Shown here piece after piece: positions 46,024 through 56,800 of a stretch of 64,000 bases of DNA. The stretch's first letter is position 1. Each line of letters starts with the position of its first letter. Made by a program: the position numbers and the translations under genes. The notes below the pieces were generated by a model that ran no database searches, had not been told where the DNA came from, and worked only from the letters and a program-made list of their open reading frames with translations. The DNA comes from a virus: positions 1-64,000 of the IMG/VR virus record IMGVR_UViG_3300021964_000022. One strand, written 5' to 3'.

Positions 46024-47471
46024 TGCAACATTTTTATGATGGACAAATAAGAAGGTATCTTACTCAAATAATTAGACTTATGAGTAATTTCTCATACAAA
46101 GACGGTGACGGTAAACTTACACAAGTTCCTACAATGTATGGAGATATTACAAGGCAAGTTGCAAGTATTATACGTGACAATAGTGAAAACAAAATTCCAA
46201 GTGCTCCACGTATTGGTGTGTACATTCAAGACCTTGCAATAGACAGAGATCGTACTGCTGATCCAACGTATACAAGTAAAGTACATATTAGAGAACGTGG
46301 TTATGATAGCAACAATAACGAATATTTAAATACGCAAGGCAAGAATTATACTGTTGAACGACTAATGCCTACACCATATAATCTAACAGTTAAAGCAGAT
46401 ATTTGGTCAACTAATACAGATCAAAAATTACAAATTATGGAACAGATTTTAATGCTGTTCAACCCAAGTTTAGAAATACAAACAACAGACAACTACATTG
46501 ACTGGACAAGTTTAACTGTTGTAAATTTAGATAGTGTTACATTTAGTAGTAGGAGTATTCCAGTTGGAACAGAGTCTGAAATTGATGTTGGGTCATTAGT
46601 ATTTTCAACTCCGATTTACTTGTCGCCACCTGTAAAAGTTAAAAAGATGGGTGTTATTACTAATATTGTGATGAGTATATTCGATGAAAGTAACGGAACA
46701 ATTAATTTAGGCAATTCAGGACCAAGCCTAAATGCATACAATGATAGTGCTAGTTTAGAATCAGGAAGTAAAATAGTTGAAAAAGCCGATGGTACAAAAG
46801 AACCTACTACAACTAAAAAATCTAACGAAGAAACTTTAGTATCAAATACATATCAAAACTATGATCTTATTGTATTAGGTAATATTGCAACACTTGGACG
46901 CAAAGGTCAGACTGGTGTTGAGGAATGGGCTAACTACTTCAAAGCAGTACCAGGAATGTATAATGCTGGAGTAACACAACTACAATTAAAACGCACAGAC
47001 ATTGCATCAAGTGTAAACGGTACAGTTGCTATTAACGCAAGTGACCCTACACAATTAATAGTTAATTGGGACGCAGATACAATTCCTAGTAATACAGTTA
47101 TTGAAGGACCAACAAAAACTTCTGGTACAATCGATTACATTATCGATCCTATGAAATTTAATCCGGCACAGTCTAAAGCAAACGGCATTAGATTATTAAT
47201 ACTAAGTGACATTGGTGCAAAAGATAATACTGATGGACCAGATGCATGGAAAAATGACAATAATACTGATTTTATTGCAGGTGCTAATGATATAATTGAA
47301 TGGAATGGCACTGCATGGGAAGTAATATTTGATGCTAGTGCTAACAAATCTGATAACGTTGTATATACGACAAACTTAAATACCGGTGTACAATACAAGT
47401 ACGCTAACGAAGAATGGGTACTGAGCTTCGAAGGTGAATACCAAAACGGAACCTGGCGTATAGTACTCTAA
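46023..47471 (+). CDS. Tail terminator / sheath stabilizer (gp15-like) with C-terminal extension
   Basis: MQHFYDGQIRRY, VP..YG, P.PYNL, QI.EQIL.LFNPS. Confidence 0.75.
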   Translation: MQHFYDGQIRRYLTQIIRLMSNFSYKDGDGKLTQVPTMYGDITRQVASIIRDNSENKIPSAPRIGVYIQDLAIDRDRTADPTYTSKVHIRERGYDSNNNEYLNTQGKNYTVERLMPTPYNLTVKADIWSTNTDQKLQIMEQILMLFNPSLEIQTTDNYIDWTSLTVVNLDSVTFSSRSIPVGTESEIDVGSLVFSTPIYLSPPVKVKKMGVITNIVMSIFDESNGTINLGNSGPSLNAYNDSASLESGSKIVEKADGTKEPTTTKKSNEETLVSNTYQNYDLIVLGNIATLGRKGQTGVEEWANYFKAVPGMYNAGVTQLQLKRTDIASSVNGTVAINASDPTQLIVNWDADTIPSNTVIEGPTKTSGTIDYIIDPMKFNPAQSKANGIRLLILSDIGAKDNTDGPDAWKNDNNTDFIAGANDIIEWNGTAWEVIFDASANKSDNVVYTTNLNTGVQYKYANEEWVLSFEGEYQNGTWRIVL

Positions 47472-47484
47472 AATAAGTACTAGC

Positions 47485-47925
47485 ATGCCAGATATATCAT
47501 GTAGTGGATCGTTAATTTATTCTTTAGAAACTAAACGTTTCTTAATGCTTCATAGAACAAAAACAAAACAAAACAATGTTTGGGGCCTTGTAGGCGGAAA
47601 AGGCAAAACAGCCGAAACCCCTTGGAAGACACTTGAACGTGAGATCAATGAAGAACTAGGATTCAATCCAGAGATTATAAAATCTATACCTTTAGAAACT
47701 TTTGTATCAAATGATGAAAGGTTTAATTTTCATACATATTTGTGTGTTGTTAAAAAAGAATTTATACCAATACTCAACGACGAACATGATGGTTATGCAT
47801 GGGTAAGTTTTGGCAAGTGGCCAAAGCCGTTGCATCTAGGCTTACGCAATACTTTGCAAAGCAAACAAAACATTACAAAATTACAAACAGTATTTGAATT
47901 AATAACGATATTAGAAAATGAATAA
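47485..47925 (+). CDS. NUDIX hydrolase
   Basis: WGLVGGK...ETPWKTLEREINEELG Nudix box; LN.EHDGYAW. Confidence 0.88.
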   Translation: MPDISCSGSLIYSLETKRFLMLHRTKTKQNNVWGLVGGKGKTAETPWKTLEREINEELGFNPEIIKSIPLETFVSNDERFNFHTYLCVVKKEFIPILNDEHDGYAWVSFGKWPKPLHLGLRNTLQSKQNITKLQTVFELITILENE

Positions 47926-49081
47926 AGTATTAGTGATCGGCGATGTCATTATTGACAAATATATTTACGGTACGTCTACACGTATCAGCCCAGAAGCACC
48001 TGTACCTGTAATAACTTACATTGATGAAAAAGAAACAAGAGGCGGTGCAGGACTTGTATATGAAAATTTAAAAAGTTTAGGTGTTGATGTTGATATGTTT
48101 GAAACACCTGGAGACATTAGTGTTAAAACTAGAATAATCTGTGACGGACATTATATTACACGTATCGACGATGATGCATCGGCAAAAGGAATGGAAGTAC
48201 TAAAACAAGTACAAGAAACTGATTTTTCACAGTACGACTATGTTGTACTAAGTGACTACAACAAAGGTGTGTTAGATGAAGCAAAAGATATTATTGCACA
48301 CATTAACAAGTATAATTGTAAAGTAATTGTTGATCCAAAAGAAAATGCTTGGTTCTACGAAAATGCTTGGTTAGTAAAACCTAACTACAACGAATTCCAT
48401 GATTTAGGATTTAATGAATGGCAGGGTAATATTATTACAACTAATGCCGGTGAAGAAGTTATTGCACACATTGATGGTAAAAACTATGAGATCCCAGTTG
48501 ACAATTTAGAAGTAGCAGACGTAACAGGAGCCGGTGATTGTTTTCTAGCTGGGTTTGTTTATGCACTTACACAAGGATATGATTACGAAACTTGTTTAAA
48601 AATTGCTGTAAAAGGATCGTCTGAAAGTGTAAAACATAGTGGTACATATATCCTTACAAAACATGATGTCGAACATACAACAGTGTTTACAAATGGTTGT
48701 TTTGACATAATACACAAAGGACATATTGAATTATTGAAATACGCTTCAACACTAGGACATGAATTAATTGTAGGTTTAAACAGTGATGCAAGTGTTAAAA
48801 AATTAAAAGGTGCAACTAGACCTTACAATGATGAAAAAACAAGATACGAAACTCTTTTTTCTTTACCATTTGTTAAAAAAGTGGTTGTATTTGATGACGA
48901 AACACCGTATAATATAATAAAACAAATTAAGCCTAAGTACATTGTAAAAGGCGGAGATTATACTATAGAAGAAGTTGTAGGACACGATTTAGCAGAAGTT
49001 AGACTATTTCCTACAGTTGAAGGCTACAGTTCAAGTTATACAATAGAGAGAATGAATGAAAATATTAGTAACAGGACATAA
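47918..49081 (+). CDS. hldE: Bifunctional heptose-7-phosphate kinase / heptose-1-phosphate adenylyltransferase
   Basis: GDVIIDKY..G...RISPEAPVPV, SDYNKG, DPK, KPN, DVTGAGD; FTNGCFDIIHKGH, GLNSDASV..LKG..RP, KGGDY. Confidence 0.93.
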   Translation: MNKVLVIGDVIIDKYIYGTSTRISPEAPVPVITYIDEKETRGGAGLVYENLKSLGVDVDMFETPGDISVKTRIICDGHYITRIDDDASAKGMEVLKQVQETDFSQYDYVVLSDYNKGVLDEAKDIIAHINKYNCKVIVDPKENAWFYENAWLVKPNYNEFHDLGFNEWQGNIITTNAGEEVIAHIDGKNYEIPVDNLEVADVTGAGDCFLAGFVYALTQGYDYETCLKIAVKGSSESVKHSGTYILTKHDVEHTTVFTNGCFDIIHKGHIELLKYASTLGHELIVGLNSDASVKKLKGATRPYNDEKTRYETLFSLPFVKKVVVFDDETPYNIIKQIKPKYIVKGGDYTIEEVVGHDLAEVRLFPTVEGYSSSYTIERMNENISNRT

Positions 49082-49892
49082 AGGATTTATAGGCCAAAAC
49101 TTAGTCTATTATTTTTTAGGTAAAGGTCATAAGGTTGACGGATTTGATTGGGTACCAAACATTATACCCGATGTTACTCGCTATGATTGGATAATACATC
49201 TAGGTGCTATAAGTGATACTACTGAAAAAGATGTAGATAAAGTTTGGGAACAAAATTTTGAATTTACAAGTAGACTAATACAAGTATGTGACCAATTTGG
49301 AGTTAATCTACAACTAGCAAGTACTAATGCAGTATACGGTCCTGGATTTGACGGCTTTAGAGAAGATTCAAAATGTTTGCCGCAGACACCTTATGCATGG
49401 AGCAAATACTTAATTGACAAGAGTATAAAAGATGTCGGAGTAGAAAATTTTTCAAATTTAGTGCAATCATTTAGATATACAAATGTATACGGTCCTGGTG
49501 AAGGACACAAGAAAAACCAAATGAGCATGATTAGTAAATGGCAAGACCAAGCCGCTCGCAACGGTAGTATTGTTGTGTTCGAAGATAGTGATACCTTTCA
49601 TAGAGATTTAATTTGCGTATACGATGTTTGTAAAATACATGAAGCAATGATGGAAAAAGATGTAAGCGGTGTATTTAACTGTGGAACTGGAAAAGCAGTT
49701 AATCTAGAAGAAACTGCTCAAATGCTTGCAAAGAAAATGAATGCTACAGTAATACACGAACCTATGCCAGTAACATTACGTCCCCAGTATCAACCATATA
49801 CAGAAGCAGATATGACACTAATACAAGAACATATTAAACTACCTAAATTTTGGTCAGTAGAGGAGTACTTAAATGATACAGGTGTTCGATGA
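49056..49892 (+). CDS. hldD: ADP-L-glycero-D-manno-heptose 6-epimerase
   Basis: VTGHKGFIG, HLGAISDTTE, YAWSK, RYTNVYGPGEGHK, RDLI.V.D, YQ.YT.AD; directly follows hldE. Confidence 0.88.
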   Translation: MKILVTGHKGFIGQNLVYYFLGKGHKVDGFDWVPNIIPDVTRYDWIIHLGAISDTTEKDVDKVWEQNFEFTSRLIQVCDQFGVNLQLASTNAVYGPGFDGFREDSKCLPQTPYAWSKYLIDKSIKDVGVENFSNLVQSFRYTNVYGPGEGHKKNQMSMISKWQDQAARNGSIVVFEDSDTFHRDLICVYDVCKIHEAMMEKDVSGVFNCGTGKAVNLEETAQMLAKKMNATVIHEPMPVTLRPQYQPYTEADMTLIQEHIKLPKFWSVEEYLNDTGVR

Positions 49893-50379
49893 TGTATTAG
49901 ATTATAATAGCTTTGAACATGCACAAGTTGCTGTTATGGAACAAACTCCATTTAAGTTTGGTTGGCGTGATAGACGTACTACCGACGAAGTTTATCTGCA
50001 CAGTAGACTAGATTTAGAAGCACTAAACGAACTTAACATATTGCCACATTTAACACATGAAAGGTATAAAAATTTTATAAAGCCTACATTATTTGACTTT
50101 GCTATTGTAAATTGTGACAATATAGGCAGTGTACATTATAGTCATACACACAAAGATACTAATGTATTTTTATTATATCTTAACGAAACATGGAATCAAG
50201 AATGGGGCGGAGAAACTTTATTCTTTGATCAGGAATCAGGTAAAGAAATTGAATTTGCGTGTACTCCTAAACCAAATAGAGCTATTTGGTTCGACGGTGA
50301 AATACCACATAGTATTAGAGCGCCAATAATAAACAAATGGAGATTTAGTATCTCATTATTTTTTAGGAAAGAACAATGA
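49873..50379 (+). CDS. 2OG-Fe(II) oxygenase
   Basis: HYSHTH, LYLN..W..EWGGETLF, PNR...FDG.IPH, R.S. Confidence 0.8.
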   Translation: MIQVFDDVLDYNSFEHAQVAVMEQTPFKFGWRDRRTTDEVYLHSRLDLEALNELNILPHLTHERYKNFIKPTLFDFAIVNCDNIGSVHYSHTHKDTNVFLLYLNETWNQEWGGETLFFDQESGKEIEFACTPKPNRAIWFDGEIPHSIRAPIINKWRFSISLFFRKEQ

Positions 50380-50786
50380 CACAGTTGACAGGTAAAGTAG
50401 ATAAAGGTTGGGGCTTTGAATTAATTTGGGCGACCAATGACAAATATTGTGGAAAAATTATGGTATTTGAAAAAGTTGGCAGTAAGTTTAGTTTACATTT
50501 TCATAAAGAAAAAGACGAAACTTGGTTTGTAAATAATGGAAGATTTTTATTAAAATGGATTGATACATCTAATGCACAACTAAATGAACTAGAACTAAAA
50601 GAAGGCGATACATGGCACAATCCTCCATTACAACCGCATCAATTAATTGCACTAGAAGCCGGAAGTAGTGTTACAGAAGTTAGTACTGCGGACAGTGTTG
50701 AAGATAATTATAGAATTGTTAGAGGAGATTCACAGTCAGTTGAAAACACTCCTACTCCAGAAGAACCAAAAAGCGAAACAGAATAA
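50376..50786 (+). CDS. Cupin (sugar-isomerase-like)
   Basis: KGWGFELIW, YCGK, FSLHFHKEKDETW, PH, EVST....DNYR. Confidence 0.85.
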   Translation: MTQLTGKVDKGWGFELIWATNDKYCGKIMVFEKVGSKFSLHFHKEKDETWFVNNGRFLLKWIDTSNAQLNELELKEGDTWHNPPLQPHQLIALEAGSSVTEVSTADSVEDNYRIVRGDSQSVENTPTPEEPKSETE

Positions 50787-50801
50787 TTAAAATTTAGATA
50801 T

Positions 50802-50832
50802 AAAAAAAGGAGCAATAAATGCTCCTTTTTTT
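50802..50832. terminator. Bidirectional rho-independent terminator between convergent operons
   Basis: A-tract-AGGAGCA-ataaa-TGCTCCT-T-tract. Confidence 0.88.
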
Positions 50833-50851
50833 GTGATTCTGTAAAGAAGTA

Positions 50852-53800
50852 TTAAGCCTGAGCTTCACCCCATTTAATAATAATATTAGCATTAACTGCC
50901 GCACCTGAAGTTTTATAAACATTCACTGCTAGTACATCTGGTCCATTCGGGAATGTACCTCTACCACCTAGTGTAGTGTTTGTTAATTCTTTTAACTGTC
51001 CTAGATCAAGATCTGATCTTTCACCTGGCGTAGCAATAAATGAAAATACTGTTTCACCTGGCTGTGCATACGGAGGTTGTCTAAACACAAAGTTAAATGC
51101 ATCACCTGGACTAACTGTACCTGTTGCGGCATTGTTAAACGATACTCTGTAGTAGTTAACAAATTCACCCGGTACATCCGGATCACCAAATAGTAACGGT
51201 CCTTCTACACCAGACACATATGTTGATGCTGGAAACGCAATATCACCTTGGTCAGTTGGTGGATCATTAAGTTCTGTACCAGATTTTGCGCCACTTGCTG
51301 TCCATGATGCTTCAGTAAACAACGCAAAGTTTCTGTTATCAGAATCTCCGCCAAAAGCAAATGTAATGTTTTGGTTATCTACTAGGTTACTTGTTGAAGT
51401 TGTACTAAATCTTACAAATACATATGATCCTTGGTTTGTTATCTGAGTAATTGTTGTACCGTTTGCAAATTTTGAATCGTCAACTTCACTACCTACTACT
51501 AAGTTTTTGTCTAAGAAACTTGGGTAGAAGTAAGCATAGTTTCTACGTCTATTAGACTGGAATGTATTCATCTGTGCGTTGACTTGTGTTCTTGGAATGA
51601 TTGTTGCTGTTGCAGTAGTTGATGTATCTCCTGAACTCCATACAACCGAACCACCTGATGCAACTTGTGCGAAACTTGGCTGTCCACCTTGTGCTAGTCC
51701 TGACAGTCCCTGCCAACCAACATCTGCTGGATTCAATGGATAGTTTTGTGGATTAAGAATACCTTCAACAACAATACCGCCTAAGATACTATTTCCACTA
51801 CCGTCTTCACCATCTGATGTAATCTCCATAGACTGCATAAGCAACTGAGCTCTGTTTAGTAGTTCTCTGTCACCTAAGTCGCCAACAATAGCGTTTGAAA
51901 CACTAGGTGCTAGTCGTAATAAGAATGCTGTTTGTCTTGTAGTACTAATAGCCAATCCTGTTTCTGTATATGAGAAGATATATCCTCTATCATCATCAAA
52001 ATTACCATCTGTAATAAACGCTGAACCCCAGTGTGATATAAGTGGTGTAATAGTATTACTTACAAGTACAACACCTGTTTTCTTATCGTGTGTTGTTGCT
52101 GGACCTGCTGTGTACTGTCTTTGGGCACCAGCTTGGAAGTTAAACATACTTACTGCTCTAGTCAATCCTGTTAATCTATTTTGTGCATAATCTACACTAC
52201 TAAATGCAATTAGTTCGTTATCAATATAAACTGTTCCACTAGTTGGGAAGAAACGTGCATCATCTAACGGAACATATGCAGTATTGTCTGACATATTTTC
52301 TGATAGTTTTCCTGGAGGTCCTTCGTTAGTAACTTCATAACGTACAGGTAAGTTACCTGAACGCATAAATGCTTCTGTGTTTACGTTTGAGTTACGCATT
52401 CTGTGTGCAAACACAAAGTTACCATCTGCACCACGTAGCATCCAATCAATAAAACCAGCACCATACCAACTGTACTGAATTCCAATCATCTGCATGTATG
52501 CAATGTCAATTTTATATCCGCTTGGTCCTGTACCATCTAATCTATCTAAGTTGAATTCATCTTGTTTAACTTTTTTATCAGTTACCAAACATACCTTTGC
52601 CGCTAATACAGCATTTACACCTCTGTAATCTGGTGTAACTGTACATTGAGTTTGACTGTTAACATGACTTACAACGTGTGTCATTCCTCTGATAACAATT
52701 CTATCACCTGCTTTTAGCTGATCTCTAAACTTAGTACCAGTTCCTGTAATAAGGTTTGCATCAGGAGCAATAGCAATAGTTCCTGCAATTTGTTTTGTAC
52801 TTGTACGCTGTGCTACTGTAATATTAGAACCATCGTATTCCCAATAAATTCCGTTTTGATCATCAAAGATACCTGAACGCACAGTTGCACCGTGCCAACC
52901 TGTTACAGCAACCTGAGCCGCAAATCCTAGTGTAGCTTCTATACTTCCTAAACGTCTTACACCTAGAACTTTAAATGTTCTTTCGTTTACAACTTGCGTA
53001 ACTGTGTAATTACCATTATAACCTTCTGTCTCTACACCTATAAGTCTAACTTTACCGCCAACCTGCATTCCGTGATCGTTATCATCACATGTTACAGTGA
53101 TTGTTGATCCAACTTCTGTTCCGTTTGAAGTAACACTTGCAATGTCATAACTTGGAGCAAATAGTGCACCAGTTGTGTACATAATACCTTTACCTGATTG
53201 GTATCTAATATATTTCTTACTTTGACGTATTGCTTGTGCGCCGTGTTGTGGTCCGCCTGTTCCTAACTGAACACCACCATCATATGGTCTGTGAATAAAG
53301 AAACTGTCTGGACGTAAGTAGATGTTAGCTAGAATACTATCGTTACCTGTAGTTGTTATAGCACCAGGTGCTCTTGCTGGGTATCTAATAGTATTAACTG
53401 TTGGAACTTGTGTTGCAATAAATGCGCCACTTGCTAATGAGTGATTGTTAGTTCCACCACCTTCTCCATCATCGGAGCTCACTGTTACAATAAATGTCGC
53501 GCCTGGAACAACTCCGTGTGCGTTAGTAAATGTTGCTTCTAATGTTGCTAATGCTTCGAATGGAATCTCTTCAGCCGCTGTAATTGGAGCAGTTGTAAAT
53601 TCTGACATTGTAACTGAGTTAACTAATGATAAACTATCACCTGCAATACTTGTACCTGTTACTGATCCAGTTGAAATTGCACCAGTTGACACACCGGTTA
53701 CAGTTACTACGGCATCATTTGCTGGACTTGCGCCACCTAAATCAGTACCTAAAATAGTAATAGTATTACCCACTCTATAGTTTGTACCGCCAGTTACATT

Positions 53801-56800
53801 AACTGCTACTGAAGCGTATGCGGAACCTGTTCTTGTAATATCTAAACTTGCGCCTGATCCGTTGTTTGCAACGTTTGTACCTGATACTCCCGTAAACACA
53901 CTAGCTAATGTGCTAGGTGTACCAACTGAACTTATTGCTTCAACTTCACCTAAGTTACCTGCTGTAGTTACAGTTATGGTTATATCATTAGCCGGAGTTG
54001 ATCCGCCTAATTGACTTCCTTCAATAACAAATGTTTGACCTAGGTGGTAATCTGTTCCAGCAGTAGCAATAGTTACTGTGTATGCCGCACCATCATTTTC
54101 AATATCAAATGTTGCACCTGAGCCTGCTAAGTCACTACCACTTTTACCAAAGAAGCCGCCTGAATCTGCCGCTGTTGCTTGTGATGATACATCAGCGCCT
54201 TCTATTCTAAATCCTATTACTTCACCACTTGCACCTACATCGTTAATTCTTAAAACTAAGTTATTTGTTGGCGCTGTACCACCTAAATCAGCACCTGAAC
54301 AAGTAATTGTGTCTGCTGTTGTATAACCTGTACCAGCCGCTGAAATATTTACACTGTAAATACCACTTGATGCTGTAACACCAAATTCAAAGCCCGAACC
54401 TGAACCACCAGTGTAACTTAATTCACTGCTGTTAAAGTTATATGATCTATCTTCTGGCGGTGGAGTACCTATTGACCAGTCGCCTGTATCAATAGCTGTA
54501 CCTGTAATATTTCCTGAGCCGTCTACACTTGTTACTTTAAATACTAAATCGTTACCGCCAGCACTTTGATTACCGTCTACACCAGTTCCTGGTAATATAC
54601 TGCTACCTAAGACTCTAATTCTATCATTAACAGCATAACCTGCACTGCCGTTCGGTGAATTTAGTGTAACAGTAGCATATGCACCGTCTGCATAAGTAAT
54701 GTCTATCTGTGGTAACGTACTACCGCCTGCGTTTGTATATGTTGTAGTTGGATTATTATATGTAATCGCACCGTCTAGTGCTGTACCTGAGATAGTTACT
54801 GCTGTAATACCTCCACTACCGTCAACTGTTGAAACTGTAATTGTTGCATCATTAGCAGGAGTTGTGCCGCCTGTGTTTGCTCCAGATACTAATATCTGAT
54901 CGCCTGTAACATATCCGCTACCTGCTTGATCAATACTGTCAACACTATAAACTGCGCCAGCCTTGCTTACCGTAAATTCTGCGTTAATACCTGCGGCCGC
55001 TGTTGTTGTTCCTGAAACTGCTGTATAAGTTTGTTGGCTTTGTGTTAGTGCCGCTGTAAATTCGCCACTCATAGTTACAGTATTTCCTGTAACGTCTGTT
55101 ACGAAAATACCATCACCTGTACCATTATTTGCCGCTAGTCCGACTACAATACCTGTAGTACTTGATACATCAAATGTAGTATCACCTATACTAATAGGTG
55201 CAGTAGTTATCGGTACTAATGCATTTCCGTTTGGAGTACTTGAAACACCAGTTACCTGTGCGCCTTCTGGAATATCAGCATAAACAATCGGTGCGCCAAT
55301 TTCTGGAACATCACCTGTAAATGCTAATCTATTTTCACCAGTCTGAGCCGCTAAACTAAGTGTCATAGTACCCGCAGTACCGTTACTTACAACAGTAACA
55401 GCTGGGTTACCAACTGCCGCTCCTGTATAAAAATCACCTTTACGTAATTGTGTATAAGTTGTTGAAAGAACATCACCGTTAGTTGTACCAACTTTTGCTT
55501 TTGCAAAAAATGTAAATGTATTATTTGTAGGAACAGTAGTAATAACAAAACTACCTTCTGCTCTACTTGCGCCGACTACACTGTCTTCAAGAGCTTTAAT
55601 TGTAATTGGAGTACCAGGAGTAAATCCGTGTGAACCCTGTGTAGTAACTGTAATTAAACTTGCACCAATTCCATCTGTGCCAGCTGAAGCGTCTGTAACA
55701 ACTGATTGTACTTCTGTATCAGTGCCTGGAATTTCGTATATACTCGGATAACCACGCTGTGTACCAATAGCTGACCATTTAGTAGGCTGTAGTCCATATT
55801 CAAAGTCAGCGTCAAGCATTGACAATGGAGGAGCAATACGCATACGCTCAATAGCATCAGTACCAAAATCGTATGGTCTTGTTCTAATTTCTGGAGTTTC
55901 TACATAAATTTGTACATCATCTGTAGTTTCATGTGCCGATGTATTGTACTTAAGATTAAGTGTAACAACACCGTCTGTCATCTGTAGATATTTTTTAAAG
56001 TCATCATCAGCATCTCTGTTTGCAGATGTAAAGTCGTATTTTAGTGTATAACCACTACTGTCTCGAGGTATGTCATCTGTTTTAAGTGCTAGTGTTGCTC
56101 CTTTAGCAGGGTCGCTAAAGTTATAAATTATTTCGTTACGTGTACTATTTGTAATTAAAAGTATATCACTTAAATCATAATTACCTTCAAATCTAATATG
56201 ACCTAAACCTTTGTTTTCTAAAGTAGGTAAACTACTTAGACCATTTGTAATAACATCAATTACTATTCCAGAAAGTGTACTAATTCTAGTTGCACCATTT
56301 CCTTCTGCTGTTTTAGAAACATCAATAGTTTGAGCTATTTCTGATTGATATGGCGTAGCTTGTGCAGTATTTGTTAAGATGTTGTTGTTAATTAAGTTTC
56401 TTGTAAATTCTTTTGCACGTATTTCTGGAAGTCTGTCGCCATCAACCTGAGCTACACTTCCTTCCCAATATGTGCTTGCTATTCTATATGTTTCTTCATT
56501 ACCATTATATCGTAAATCATGTAACCACGCTGTAAGGTTAAAGCCTGTATCACGTTCACACTTTTCTTGGTTATATGAGTATGCCGCTTCTGGAGTAACT
56601 TCAGAAATAATAGTTGTTTGGTTTGAATCAATAGCATTATAAGCAGTTGTTAAACTTGCACTTACCCAACCAATACTAGGTGTTGTTCTTGTTATACTAT
56701 CAATTGATCCTGCTGTTGTAATTTCGTTTGCTGTATATTGAATTAATGTATTCCAATTAATATTACCAATAGTAACAATATCAGAACCGCCATCTTCGTC

